Source: Candidatus Moanibacter sp.
GTDB lineage: Bacteria > Verrucomicrobiota > Verrucomicrobiia > Opitutales > UBA2987
Reading direction: 5' to 3'
DNA: 64,000 bases
Assembly: GCA_965215885.1 (NCBI GenBank)
Contig: CBDCEW010000098.1
Location: forward strand, 32,001-96,000
Within the stretch, counting starts at the first letter, position 1, and every line of letters begins with the position of its first letter. The position numbers and the translations under genes are program-made. This document shows positions 41,774 to 52,059 of this stretch, piece after piece. The notes under the pieces were generated by a model, which was not told where the DNA came from, made no database searches, and was given only the letters and a program-made list of their open reading frames with translations.

Positions 41774-41905
41774 AGTTTGCCCACTGATGCAGTAGCCATC
41801 CCACGGTTCCTTACGGTGGTCGATGGATGAAGGAGGGATGCTCAACTGAGATTGTATTCGAGCTGGGGACTGGTGGTCGCCGGCAGGCACAGTGGGATGG
41901 GGCGA
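41774..41905 (+). repeat. Dispersed repeat of about 130 bp, copy 2
   Basis: Reverse-complement homolog of 20189-20319. Confidence 0.8.
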
Positions 41906-42141
41906 AGCCCACAGTGGGATAAATCTTAAGAAAAAGCTCTCCTTCGTTAATTTGATACGCTTGCTATAGAGAGCCGCCTCCCGTAAGTTTGGCGATCTGT
42001 GAGAAGAATCGCCGCTTCAACGCTATGATTTCATGTCACCAACGTAAAGCCTGAGATCATGTGTCGATATTAGGAATAATCTTTCTTCCAGACGTGTCCA
42101 GAAAAGATCCTGCGTTGTTCTGAAGGCAGAAAAGCCAGCCA

Positions 42142-43722
42142 ATGAGTTGGGAGCGTTTCAAGAAGTACTACCTGGACCTCCCTGAATTGGGATTGTCGCT
42201 TGATATTAGTGGGATGAACTTCCCCGAGGAGCTGCTTGAGGAAATGGAACCGCGAATGCAGGCAGCTTTCAACTCCATGAAGGAATTAGAGGAGGGCGAA
42301 ATCGCCAATTCCGATGAAGGGCGAATGGTTGGACACTACTGGCTGCGAAATCCTGCCCTCTCACCCAATGATGCTATTCGAAGTGAGATCGAGTACACTC
42401 ACAGGCGGATCCGTCGATTCACTGAAAGGATCCACCTGGGCGAGATCGCGGGCCAATCCGGCCCTTTCAGGAATCTGCTCGTTATTGGAATTGGCGGATC
42501 TGCCCTCGGCGCGCAATTAATCAGTCAGGCTTTGGGAGATTCGGAAAGCGATAAACTGGCACTCTACTTTTTCGACAACACCGATCCGGATGGATTCGAT
42601 AGTGTATTCTCTCGATTGCGAGGTAAACTTGGCGAAACCCTGGTGGTTGTAATCTCCAAATCGGGTAGCACTCCGGAGACGAGAAACGGCATGATTGAAG
42701 CGGAAGAAGCATATAAGAATGCGGGGTTGGAATTCGCCATACACGCCGCCGCCGTTACCGGTAGGAATAGCAATTTGGATCGACATGCGGCATCATCCGG
42801 TTGGCTCATCCGCCTGCCACTGTGGGATTGGGTGGGTGGACGCACGAGCGTAACCGGCCCGGTTGGACTGCTTCCCGCGGCGTTGCAGGGCTTCGCAATT
42901 GAGGGTCTGCTTAATGGGGCCGCGGCCATGGATGAAGTCACAAGGGAAGCGGAAACGAAGAGAAATCCGGCCGCCCTTCTTGCGCTAATGTGGTACTATG
43001 CAACCGATGGGCGGGGCACCAGGGATATGGTAATTCTTCCCTACAAGGACCGATTGATGCTATTTTCGAAGTATCTCCAGCAGCTTGTAATGGAGTCATT
43101 AGGGAAAGAGAAAGATCTTGATGGCGAGACGGTTAATCAGGGTATCGCAGTCTACGGAAATAAAGGCTCTACCGATCAGCACGCTTACGTGCAACAGCTC
43201 AGAGAGGGAATACCCAACTTTTTCGTAACTTTTATTGAGGTACTTAGAGACCGCGAGGGTGCATCGGTGGAAGTCGAATCGGGAAATACTTCGGGAGATT
43301 ACCTTGAAGGTTTTCTCCTCGGCACTCGGGCCGCATTGCACGAAAATGGGCGGGAGTCAATTACCATAACTGTCAGGGAATTGTCGGCCGGTACTTTGGG
43401 AATGCTGATTGCCCTGTATGAACGCGCCGTGGGATTCTACGCCGGGCTCGTAAACATCAACGCCTATAATCAGCCGGGGGTGGAAGCGGGCAAGAGAGCA
43501 GCCGCGACCCTTCTGGATTTGAAAAACAGAATCCAGGAGACGCTAAGGGAGAACTCTACCCGTTCTTTTACGGCGGAGAACATGGCCATGGAACTGCGTC
43601 GAGAAAACGAGATAATGGAGATATTCAAACTCATGGAATTCCTCGCCGCAAATCCCGACAAGAAAGTCGAGAAAACAGAGACGGAACCGCCTCATGAGGC
43701 ACGGTATCAGTATCGGAGCTAA
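42142..43722 (+). CDS. pgi: Glucose-6-phosphate isomerase
   Basis: [34 protein letters not shown] and QPGVEAGK motifs. Confidence 0.97.
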   Translation: MSWERFKKYYLDLPELGLSLDISGMNFPEELLEEMEPRMQAAFNSMKELEEGEIANSDEGRMVGHYWLRNPALSPNDAIRSEIEYTHRRIRRFTERIHLGEIAGQSGPFRNLLVIGIGGSALGAQLISQALGDSESDKLALYFFDNTDPDGFDSVFSRLRGKLGETLVVVISKSGSTPETRNGMIEAEEAYKNAGLEFAIHAAAVTGRNSNLDRHAASSGWLIRLPLWDWVGGRTSVTGPVGLLPAALQGFAIEGLLNGAAAMDEVTREAETKRNPAALLALMWYYATDGRGTRDMVILPYKDRLMLFSKYLQQLVMESLGKEKDLDGETVNQGIAVYGNKGSTDQHAYVQQLREGIPNFFVTFIEVLRDREGASVEVESGNTSGDYLEGFLLGTRAALHENGRESITITVRELSAGTLGMLIALYERAVGFYAGLVNINAYNQPGVEAGKRAAATLLDLKNRIQETLRENSTRSFTAENMAMELRRENEIMEIFKLMEFLAANPDKKVEKTETEPPHEARYQYRS

Positions 43723-44532
43723 GTGAATAAAATATCCATCATACTTCGGATAGCGGCTGTCCTCGCCGCCGTGCTGTCGCTTTCTCTATTCCTTCTAATC
43801 AGCGACAGAGAGAAGAGCCTCGAGGGACAGATTTTGGCTTCGAAGAAAGCGGCGAAGAATGCTGAGGAAATGCGAGCCGAGTTGCAGGCCGAAAACGCAT
43901 CTATGATAGAAAAGCAAGAGAAGTTGGGCGAGCATCTGGCGGCTGAAAAGGCGAAGGCCGGATCGTTCTACCAGCAGAGTGTGGTAGCCCGCGGAGAGAT
44001 CGCCAAATTGAAAGCGGATTTGGAGGAATTCAGAGTTTCGGTCGGGGAGAAAGAAGAGGAATTGAGCCGACTCAAGAGTGAACTCATTGGTCTCACAACA
44101 TCTGCGGTTTCTCTTTCGGCAGTCTATTCCAATGGTCGTGTAAACGATGAGAACGGGCAATCGGGAAAAAGGAATGGCTCGACTAAACGAGACAATACGA
44201 GCCATCTTCAAAACGACGCGGACACTCGACAGAAAGGCAGTACCCTTCGGAAGGGTTCGACTTTAAGAGGGGCTTTCAGCCTGAAGGGAAAGGTTCTCAA
44301 TGGTACGATATTGAGAATTGGGCCGGAGAATTCGATTGTTGCTATTAGTCTCGGTTCGAGCCAAGGTGTTGCTGAAACCATGTTGCTAAGCATGCGTGAT
44401 TCTTCAGGCGAAATTGCTCGTATAGTTCTATCCAAGGTTCTACCGGATTTCAGTATTGCTTCGGTTTTACCCGGGTTCGGAAGCCCTCGTCGGCTGAAAA
44501 TCGGTGAGCAACTCTCATTTATCGTCATTTAA
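43723..44532 (+). CDS. Membrane-anchored coiled-coil protein with a C-terminal beta domain
   Basis: N-terminal TM helix, heptad region and a terminal ISLGSSQGV beta-rich segment. Confidence 0.75.
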   Translation: MNKISIILRIAAVLAAVLSLSLFLLISDREKSLEGQILASKKAAKNAEEMRAELQAENASMIEKQEKLGEHLAAEKAKAGSFYQQSVVARGEIAKLKADLEEFRVSVGEKEEELSRLKSELIGLTTSAVSLSAVYSNGRVNDENGQSGKRNGSTKRDNTSHLQNDADTRQKGSTLRKGSTLRGAFSLKGKVLNGTILRIGPENSIVAISLGSSQGVAETMLLSMRDSSGEIARIVLSKVLPDFSIASVLPGFGSPRRLKIGEQLSFIVI

Positions 44533-44538
44533 TTAACA

Positions 44539-44700
44539 ATGAAATCGAAGATTATTGCGATTCTCCTCATTGGATTAATACCTGGCTCTCTCTTCCTCGG
44601 GTGCGCTCAAGTCGAACCGGAAGAGTCACCTGTTCCATGGTCGCGCCCCGCGGAGTGGGAGGGAAGAGTCCCTGGGATGGGCGGACCGGGTAGCGAGTAG
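44539..44700 (+). CDS. Small lipoprotein (53 aa), absent from the ORF track
   Basis: MKSKIIAILLIGLIPGSLFLG-C lipobox, then AQVEPEESPVPWSRPAEWEGRVPGMGGPGSE*. Confidence 0.75.
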   Translation: MKSKIIAILLIGLIPGSLFLGCAQVEPEESPVPWSRPAEWEGRVPGMGGPGSE

Positions 44701-44927
44701 GTATACTTTAGCTTGTTATTTCCCCGTCCCGGCATACCGGAACGGGGCCGCTGACTTTTTCAAGCATCATCGTGCGCGGAGCCCTTCGACATCGCTTATG
44801 TCAGGCGCCCGATCCACCCGTAGGAAGGATGTTCGTGGTGGGACCCGTCTCCGTTGCGCGAGCGCAACTACGCCGAGGCAGGCGGGTCCGGGGACGTTCG
44901 TTTCAACTTCGAGAATACGATCACAGG

Positions 44928-45116
44928 CTAGCCCGAACTTTTCACAAACCTTCTACTACGACCGCGTATGTCACTACGTCTCAAAGCCTTCCCTTGCCCG
45001 GCGACCTCAGAGGGTCCGAACACGCTGTCACCCGCCGGCCTGCAGAGAGGCTTTGATACGCAGTCCCGGCGCGCCGGGACAGTCTCGCAAAGAAGTGTGT
45101 GAAATGTCCGGGCTAG
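44928..45116. mobile_element. CTAG-flanked MITE, copy 2
   Basis: CTAGCCCGAACTTTTCACA...TGTGAAATGTCCGGGCTAG; internal homology to 37168-37349. Confidence 0.85.
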
Positions 45117-45138
45117 CAGCTTTAATGAATAATGCAGT

Positions 45139-45828
45139 GTGATGGCTGGATGCTTGTACCTTATCTCGACGCCTATTGGAAATCTCGGAGATGTCTCATA
45201 TCGAGCGGCAGAGATCCTGGCTGCCTGCGACATCGTCGCCTGTGAAAATATCCGCAAAACAAGGCGGTTATTGAATCATCTGGGTATCTCCAAGAAAGCA
45301 GTTAAATACTACGAAAGAAATGAGTTAAAGCAGTCACTGCTGCTTGCCGAAGAAATCCAGTCAGGACAGTCGATCGCATTGGTTTCCGAAGCAGGCACCC
45401 CGGGAATAAGCGATCCGGGCTTCCGAATTGTCCGGGAATGCCGGAGGAGGAAAATACCTGTCCAGCCTATTCCTGGTGCTTCAGCCGTGTTGGCTGCTTT
45501 GTCGGCTTCCGGCCTTCCCAGTGATGGCTTTCTCTTTGTGGGTTTCCTCCCATCAAAGAAAAGCGCACGCATTAAGTTTTTCGAGAACTACAGGAATTTT
45601 GAATACACGATCGTCTGCTTCGAATCCTGTCACCGAATTGTGAAGTTTCTCGACGATCTCAAAACCGTTATCGGGAACGGGAGGGTTATCTGTGTGGCAA
45701 GAGAAGTGACCAAGATTCATGAGACTTTCTACGTGGGAAGCGCAGGCGAGGTTCAGTGTCAGGTCGTTTCAGACAGTCGCAAAGGAGAGTATGTCGTCCT
45801 CATAGCCAAGAAGGATTACGAACTGTAA
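45139..45828 (+). CDS. rsmI: 16S rRNA C1402 2'-O-methyltransferase
   Basis: LYLISTPIGNLGD, SEAGTPGISDPG and REVTKIHE motifs. Confidence 0.95.
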   Translation: MMAGCLYLISTPIGNLGDVSYRAAEILAACDIVACENIRKTRRLLNHLGISKKAVKYYERNELKQSLLLAEEIQSGQSIALVSEAGTPGISDPGFRIVRECRRRKIPVQPIPGASAVLAALSASGLPSDGFLFVGFLPSKKSARIKFFENYRNFEYTIVCFESCHRIVKFLDDLKTVIGNGRVICVAREVTKIHETFYVGSAGEVQCQVVSDSRKGEYVVLIAKKDYEL

Positions 45829-46263
45829 GAAACTGTCCGACCATTCAAAGTGAGGTGCGGTTAAGAGAGAGAGAGGAATTGGAGAGACGCAGGAATCCGT
45901 CTGCGTTTCGCTTTGCTCACTTCGCCGTGACAGGCAGGGAGATGGGGAGAATGGCAAGCCGATAGATCTACCTTTCGTGATTCATAGTCGTGATCTAGAA
46001 TCGTAAATAATGGATCGACTGAAGATCACGATTGAGAGTCACGATGGGAGAGCGAGCACGGTTTCGTTCTTCGCGACTTTCGACTACGATTACGACGATG
46101 ACCTGCTAACGGGTATCTATCTCTATTTTAATCGTGATCGTTCTCGTTCTCGAAGAGTGATGCGCGCTAAATATGCGAATACCCGCGAAAGAAGGCCAAA
46201 TGAGAGGGGTGAAATGTGAAAGTGGAGAGTGGCCATCCTGCCGTAGAGCAGAGAAGTATCAGT

Positions 46264-47190
46264 TCAGCCGCGCTTGCGAAGCTTGGACAAGACTTCCAAA
46301 AAATCGCGGGGCAACTCCGCAGTAAGTTCTAAATGTCTCCCATTTTCCGGATGTGAAAAGGCAATCTTTCTTGCGTGCAGGTAGGCGCGACTGTAGGAGC
46401 AGTCACCACGAAATCCGTAGAGCCGATCTCCAGCTACGGGATGACCGATATGGGCTAAATGAACTCGAATCTGATGGGTTCTGCCGGTACGGGGGAAAAC
46501 ACGAAGCAATGAAAAATCATCCCGAAATCTCTCCATACACTCCCAGTCAGAGTGAGCAATTCGGCCCCTTCGAGTTACCGCCATCTTGATGCGTTTAACA
46601 CGGTGTCTACCGATCGGCTCCGAAATTGAGCCGGCATTTGTGCCGGGGATTCCAGCGCAGAGAGCAAGGTATTCCTTTTGAACTTTGCGTTCCGCGAAGA
46701 GTCTGCTCAAGTGCAGAAAAGCCTCGTCGGTTTTTGCCACGACAATCACTCCGGAAGTATCCTTGTCCAATCGATGCACGATACCAGGACGTTCCACACC
46801 CGAAATCCCACTCAAGGAATCTTTGCAGTGGTATAGCAAAGCATGGACCAGGGTGTCGTCTCCCGTGCCGTTACCAGGATGCACGACCATGCCACTTGGT
46901 TTATTCACTGCTACAATGGAAGCATCTTCGTGAAGGATCTGGAGCGGTATGTCCTTCGCATTCAGTTCAAAAGGTCTTGCAGGCGGATTGGAAAATGAAA
47001 GCCGATCGCCACCCGAAACTTTCCTACTCTTGAGAATTACTTCATCCTCCAACCACACCAGTCCTGCCTCGAAGAGTCGTTGCACCTGTGATCGGCTCAT
47101 ATCGGAACAATATTCAAGAAGCACTTTGTCCGCTCGCATGCGCTTGTGCTTCTCGGGGACTTCGTAGCTGATCTGCAGAATCTCGTGCAT
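46264..47190 (-). CDS. rluD: RluA/RluD-family pseudouridine synthase
   Basis: S4-like N-terminus, NKPSGMVVHP, RPGIVHRLDKDTSG and TGRTHQIRVH motifs. Confidence 0.9.
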   Translation of the reverse strand: MHEILQISYEVPEKHKRMRADKVLLEYCSDMSRSQVQRLFEAGLVWLEDEVILKSRKVSGGDRLSFSNPPARPFELNAKDIPLQILHEDASIVAVNKPSGMVVHPGNGTGDDTLVHALLYHCKDSLSGISGVERPGIVHRLDKDTSGVIVVAKTDEAFLHLSRLFAERKVQKEYLALCAGIPGTNAGSISEPIGRHRVKRIKMAVTRRGRIAHSDWECMERFRDDFSLLRVFPRTGRTHQIRVHLAHIGHPVAGDRLYGFRGDCSYSRAYLHARKIAFSHPENGRHLELTAELPRDFLEVLSKLRKRG

Positions 47191-47210
47191 ATCTTAGAAC
47201 TCTGTCGGGC

Positions 47211-48236
47211 TTAGGATCCGACAGATTCCTCCGCAATAATCTTATCCAACTCCCGAAGATAAGGCGCCTTTTCCTCTTCATCCATGAGGGCGACTTCAAA
47301 CCCATTGCGCGCCAGCTGGGCGAGCCCCTTTCTATCAAAAAGGTCGCTCGAGAGCGCCTCGTATTCGTCGTTCAGACAATTCCCGAAAGAAATCGGATCA
47401 TCCGTGCTGATTGTACACCGAATACCTGCTTCAGAGAGTCTCCTGATAGGGTGATCCCGCATGCTCGCGACAACGTCCAGCTTGACATTGCTGATTGGAC
47501 ATGTGTCAAAAGTAGCTCCAACATCCGCAGCGAAACTCACCACTTCAGCATCTTCAATCGCCCGCACTCCATGTTGAATCCGGCGCACGCCTAATTTCTC
47601 AATGGCGTCCCTCACATAATCGGCACTGCCAAACTCGCCCGCATGGGCTTTCGTTTCGAGCCCTGCCTCGCGAGCTGCTTTCCAGACGCGCTCTGTCCAG
47701 GGTTCGATTGGCATAACCTCGACACCATGAAGGTCAATGCCGTCGAGACCTTCCCAGTTTACACAGCTATCGAGGATAGGCGCCATTTTTTCACTGTACT
47801 GATTGCGCAGCATACCGAGGAAGACTCTCACTTCCAGATTGTCAGGTACCGCGTCTTTAATCGCAGCCAGAATTTCCGGTCCCGGCACATCGAGATATTC
47901 AATAACACCAGCGTGGAAGCTCGTTTCGAGATACTTTACATTCTGCTCCACAAGTGACGCGAATATCCCCTTGGCTGCCTCGTGGTACCTCTCGGGACTC
48001 TTATACCACTTCAGCGCCATATCGAGAAGCTCATCTTCGAATTGTTTAAACGATACGAATTTGAAGTCGGGCGCCCACGAGGCAGGAGGCTCCCTGTATC
48101 TCTCGGGGTGCAGATCCTGCAAGAGGTGGAAGGGTAAAGCCCCCTCAATATGAAGATGTGTCTCCGTCTTGGGAAGACGCTGCACAAAATCGTAAGGTTC
48201 CGTATCTTCGGGGTGCGACATGGTAAGGGTTTTCAA
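47211..48236 (-). CDS. add: Adenosine/adenine deaminase family protein
   Basis: [27 protein letters not shown] and STDDP motifs. Confidence 0.9.
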   Translation of the reverse strand: MKTLTMSHPEDTEPYDFVQRLPKTETHLHIEGALPFHLLQDLHPERYREPPASWAPDFKFVSFKQFEDELLDMALKWYKSPERYHEAAKGIFASLVEQNVKYLETSFHAGVIEYLDVPGPEILAAIKDAVPDNLEVRVFLGMLRNQYSEKMAPILDSCVNWEGLDGIDLHGVEVMPIEPWTERVWKAAREAGLETKAHAGEFGSADYVRDAIEKLGVRRIQHGVRAIEDAEVVSFAADVGATFDTCPISNVKLDVVASMRDHPIRRLSEAGIRCTISTDDPISFGNCLNDEYEALSSDLFDRKGLAQLARNGFEVALMDEEEKAPYLRELDKIIAEESVGS

Positions 48237-48292
48237 GCCTTCCGGGCTACTGATCTCTATCGCCTACCACGCTGATCGCATTCCTGATCACT

Positions 48293-49402
48293 TTAGGTTA
48301 ACAGGTATTCGGGATTCAGCTTCTGCAGCGATTTAGGAACAAACCTGCCGTTCTTGCGGACAAGACGACCGTCAAAAAAGATTTCACCTCCACCGTAGTC
48401 AGGGCGCTGGATACACACCAAATCCCAATGCACCTGGGAGCGGTTGCCGTTGTCGGCCTCCTGGTAGGCCTGTCCGGGAGTAAAATGAAACGAACCGGCG
48501 ATTTTCTCATCAAACAAAATGTCCCTCATCGGTTCTCTGATATGAGGGTTAAATCCAAGGGCAAACTCACCGATATAGCGCGCACCCTCGTCGGAGTCGA
48601 GAATGCGATTAAGCGCCCGGGCATTATTAGCTTCTGCTTGGATGACTTTCCCTCTTTCGAATTTCAGTTTCACGTTGTCGAATGAAATCCCCTGGTAGAC
48701 CGACGGCACGTTGAATGAGATATGCCCCTCTACGCTTCGTCTCACGGGACAGGTGAACACTTCACCGTCGGGTATATTGTGTTTTCCACCACAATCGATC
48801 GCGGCGATTCCCTTGATGGAAAATTGAAGATCAGTTCCAGGTCCTTTGATGTGCACTCTGTCCGTTTTATTCATCAACCTCTGTAATGCCCGCATGCCTG
48901 GGACCATACGGGCATAATCCAATGTACAGACTCTAAAGAAGAATTCTTCGAAAGCTTCCGTGCCGTGAAGGGCCTGCTGGGCCATTGCCGGAGTAGGCCA
49001 CCTCAGCACGACCCACTTGGTAGAGTTAACACGTCTATCCAGCACTGGCTTCAGATACCGAGTAGCGAGCTTCATCTTATTCGCGGGAACGTCAGACATT
49101 TCGAAAATGTTATGAGATCCGCGCAACGCAATGTAGACATCCATATGCTTCATTCGCTGGAGTTCGAATCGCGCCCCGTTCTTGAACTGTTCTTCCCTAC
49201 CCCCGACGACCAATTCGCGTGATACGCCGCCCGAATTCAGTTCAACAAAAGGATATCCTCTTCGCTGGCGGACCGCGCGAATGAGGGCAATTACCATTTC
49301 TACAGGAACATCGTAGGCGTCGATCAGGACATTCTCGCCTCTCTTAACCTCGGTAGAGAATTTCGTCAGGACGCGGGCCAGCTTTGGATAGTTCGGATTC
49401 AT
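48293..49402 (-). CDS. M29 (thermophilic metalloprotease) aminopeptidase
   Basis: [26 protein letters not shown] and NRSQVHWD motifs. Confidence 0.92.
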   Translation of the reverse strand: MNPNYPKLARVLTKFSTEVKRGENVLIDAYDVPVEMVIALIRAVRQRRGYPFVELNSGGVSRELVVGGREEQFKNGARFELQRMKHMDVYIALRGSHNIFEMSDVPANKMKLATRYLKPVLDRRVNSTKWVVLRWPTPAMAQQALHGTEAFEEFFFRVCTLDYARMVPGMRALQRLMNKTDRVHIKGPGTDLQFSIKGIAAIDCGGKHNIPDGEVFTCPVRRSVEGHISFNVPSVYQGISFDNVKLKFERGKVIQAEANNARALNRILDSDEGARYIGEFALGFNPHIREPMRDILFDEKIAGSFHFTPGQAYQEADNGNRSQVHWDLVCIQRPDYGGGEIFFDGRLVRKNGRFVPKSLQKLNPEYLLT

Positions 49403-50613
49403 CGCCCCCGCCGGATATCGGATCCGGGAAAACTGATCTGAAAACGAAAAGTCTCCCTTGTTTCATTAATGATGCGATTAGTTTCGGGTTCGATTCTAAC
49501 CGGCACTTCCTGGCAGGCAACATCGACCATGGGCCGAAACCCGCGCTCAGAAAAGACGTCGAGGAGCATGGCGAGAGCGAGCCGATCGGAAAAAATTGGC
49601 GCCTGGGAGCATATGACCGCAATACCGGAAAGTGCGTGCATTGTAATAACGGGGAGAAACTCCTCTCGAATATGAGTCAGAACTTCCTGAAAGAGGTTTG
49701 AATGATTTCGCTCATAATCTTCCAGCCGCCGTATCAACTCTTGCCGCCCGTGAACAGCCATATTGCTGGCAATCGGAATTGAGTGGAGTTGGCGATAGGT
49801 ATTCCCGTCCAGTTCCAGTGAACTCTGATAACGCAATTCATTGATGACGCGGTCTTGTACCTCCGCGATCGTTCCTTTCGCATCGATATAATGGTAATGA
49901 AAGACTTCCCGCAGCAATTTGAGGGATTCATGGGTAATCTCCTTGAACGTCCCGTACCGATTCCGCGCCGCGGATTCACTCAAGTCTGTCTTTCGAGCTT
50001 CTTCAATTTCGCCAATGCCGGATGTTCGCACTTGTTCATTATGTTCCATACACTCCCGCCCGCGATGCAATTGACGCTGCACGCTCTCGGCTTCGTCCAA
50101 AAAGAGGACGATAATGTGAAAGGTTGTATTCTTGTAGAGGTCTGCTTTCGGGGTATCAATGTTTTCCCGATGCAGCTGCATGATTTTGCTATAGAGGAGC
50201 TTCAGACATTGCACCTGAACCATCGTTCTGGGGTAGCCGTCCACGATTGCTCCATTCTTGTATGCCGGTTCGAGCAACTTGCGTAATACCAAACCGGTCA
50301 CTTCCCGATCACCGACCATCAGACCCGCGTCTTTCAAACGGGTCGCATCTGAGCTATGCAGCAGATCGCTTACGAGTATGGGTGGCGCCGTCAAATCACG
50401 CACCTCCATTATGTAAGGAGTCTGTGTTCCTTTCCCGCCACCAGGTGCGCCATTCAGCCAAATTGTCTCTTTGGGGAAATATATCCTATCCGAACCAAAC
50501 TCCTCTTCCAGTTCCGCCCAAATGGAATCGAAGATGATATTGGCATCCTTTATTTCCAGATCGAGCGGCTTGGTTTGAACCGGTAGTCCCCTTGTTACTG
50601 ACCTTCCTGGCAT
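49399..50613 (-). CDS. Adenylate kinase-like nucleoside monophosphate kinase with a large C-terminal extension
   Basis: [11 protein letters not shown]-loop and VDGYPRT; 404 aa. Confidence 0.85.
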   Translation of the reverse strand: MPGRSVTRGLPVQTKPLDLEIKDANIIFDSIWAELEEEFGSDRIYFPKETIWLNGAPGGGKGTQTPYIMEVRDLTAPPILVSDLLHSSDATRLKDAGLMVGDREVTGLVLRKLLEPAYKNGAIVDGYPRTMVQVQCLKLLYSKIMQLHRENIDTPKADLYKNTTFHIIVLFLDEAESVQRQLHRGRECMEHNEQVRTSGIGEIEEARKTDLSESAARNRYGTFKEITHESLKLLREVFHYHYIDAKGTIAEVQDRVINELRYQSSLELDGNTYRQLHSIPIASNMAVHGRQELIRRLEDYERNHSNLFQEVLTHIREEFLPVITMHALSGIAVICSQAPIFSDRLALAMLLDVFSERGFRPMVDVACQEVPVRIEPETNRIINETRETFRFQISFPGSDIRRGR

Positions 50614-50716
50614 GTTCGATACCTTGTGAATTCGACAAAAAAACCCAGCTTTCTCTTCTTAAAGCAGCGGCGTGACAATAAAAAACTCAGATAAATTGAA
50701 TTAAAAACCGTTTCAT

Positions 50717-51949
50717 CTATTCGCCCTCTCCTTCCGGAAAGGGTGGTCGTGTAGAGCGCATCTTCTTCTTCGGAAAACATATCCTCGATACCGCTTCTTC
50801 GAAGTCTTTTACTCCGCTGATTATCTCGATTTCCATCCGCAAGTAGTAAAACCGAACGCCCGTATGAAAAGTTGCAGGCACGCGTACAGCGTCCTTTTCA
50901 GTTGTTATTACAAGCTCTACTTCAGCTTTTCTGAACTTTTCGAAGAGTCGATCGAGTTCACGCGGAGTGTAGCGATGGTGGTCGAGATACCTCTCGTTGA
51001 GTACGATGTCCGCGCCGTACTCCCGAAGAAACCGTTCAAAGCTCTCAGGCACTGCAATCCCACTAAACGCTCCTACTTTCCTGCCGCTCAGTTCCGCGAG
51101 CTCGAGACGGTGGGCGCCTCCCACCTCTTTCAGAAACCTCGGTTGGTGTGTGCATTCAATAATCTCAGCGTCCGGCTTATATTGCTCGATAAGCGCTTCA
51201 AGCTCTCTGTCCGGTTTTCCGTTCGACCGAGTCAGAAATATGTAAGAGGCCCGGCGGAGGTGCTTGATCGGCTCGCGAAGGACTCCTCGCGGGAGCAAGT
51301 GACCGTTCCCAAAGGGATCAGACTTATCGATCAGAAGCAGATTGAGGCGGCCTTTAAGGGAAAGGTATTGGTAGCCATCGTCCAAAATAAGTGTGTCGAC
51401 TCCAAATTCTCTGATTGCATAGGAGCCGGCTCTCACCCGGTTCTTGTCCACAACAACAATTATCCCGGGAAGGTTCTTCGCCAACATATAGGGTTCGTCT
51501 CCGGCGCGATCCGGATCGAGAAGGACCTCATTTCCATTACTCACGACTTTTGGTGGAGGGGGCTCTCCATGAGTGATCATTCTCCACCATTTTGTAATTA
51601 TCGGTTCGTTTCTGCTCTTGTAACCACGGCTTAAGATCGCAACCTTGCGTCCCCGTTCCGCCAGGGAACGCGCAAATTTCTCCACCACCGGGGTTTTACC
51701 TGTTCCTCCCACTGTCAGATTTCCCACTACGACGACGAGACAACCCAGACTGTGATTTCGAAAAATCCTGTGACTATAGAGAAAGAGGCGTGCCTGCACC
51801 AAAACACTGAATATCTTCGAAAGACCCTTCAGCGCATTTGCATAAAGACGCACCGATCTCCCCTCTCGACGCTCGTAAACGACATCGATAGTAAACTGCT
51901 CAAAGTCCTCAACCCCTTTTATCAGGCGGTCTCTTAAATCCTGTATCAT
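50717..51949 (-). CDS. lpxK: Tetraacyldisaccharide 4'-kinase
   Basis: [37 protein letters not shown] and TTEKDAV motifs. Confidence 0.95.
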   Translation of the reverse strand: MIQDLRDRLIKGVEDFEQFTIDVVYERREGRSVRLYANALKGLSKIFSVLVQARLFLYSHRIFRNHSLGCLVVVVGNLTVGGTGKTPVVEKFARSLAERGRKVAILSRGYKSRNEPIITKWWRMITHGEPPPPKVVSNGNEVLLDPDRAGDEPYMLAKNLPGIIVVVDKNRVRAGSYAIREFGVDTLILDDGYQYLSLKGRLNLLLIDKSDPFGNGHLLPRGVLREPIKHLRRASYIFLTRSNGKPDRELEALIEQYKPDAEIIECTHQPRFLKEVGGAHRLELAELSGRKVGAFSGIAVPESFERFLREYGADIVLNERYLDHHRYTPRELDRLFEKFRKAEVELVITTEKDAVRVPATFHTGVRFYYLRMEIEIISGVKDFEEAVSRICFPKKKMRSTRPPFPEGEGE

Positions 51950-52059
51950 GTCCTCAAGCTTCCCGTTATTGCAGCGTCGAGACCTGCCAGATTTCGAACA
52001 ACAGATCCATAAAGAGTATTGACGGGTAGATATTTCAATCTTTTTTAAGGACTTCCACT

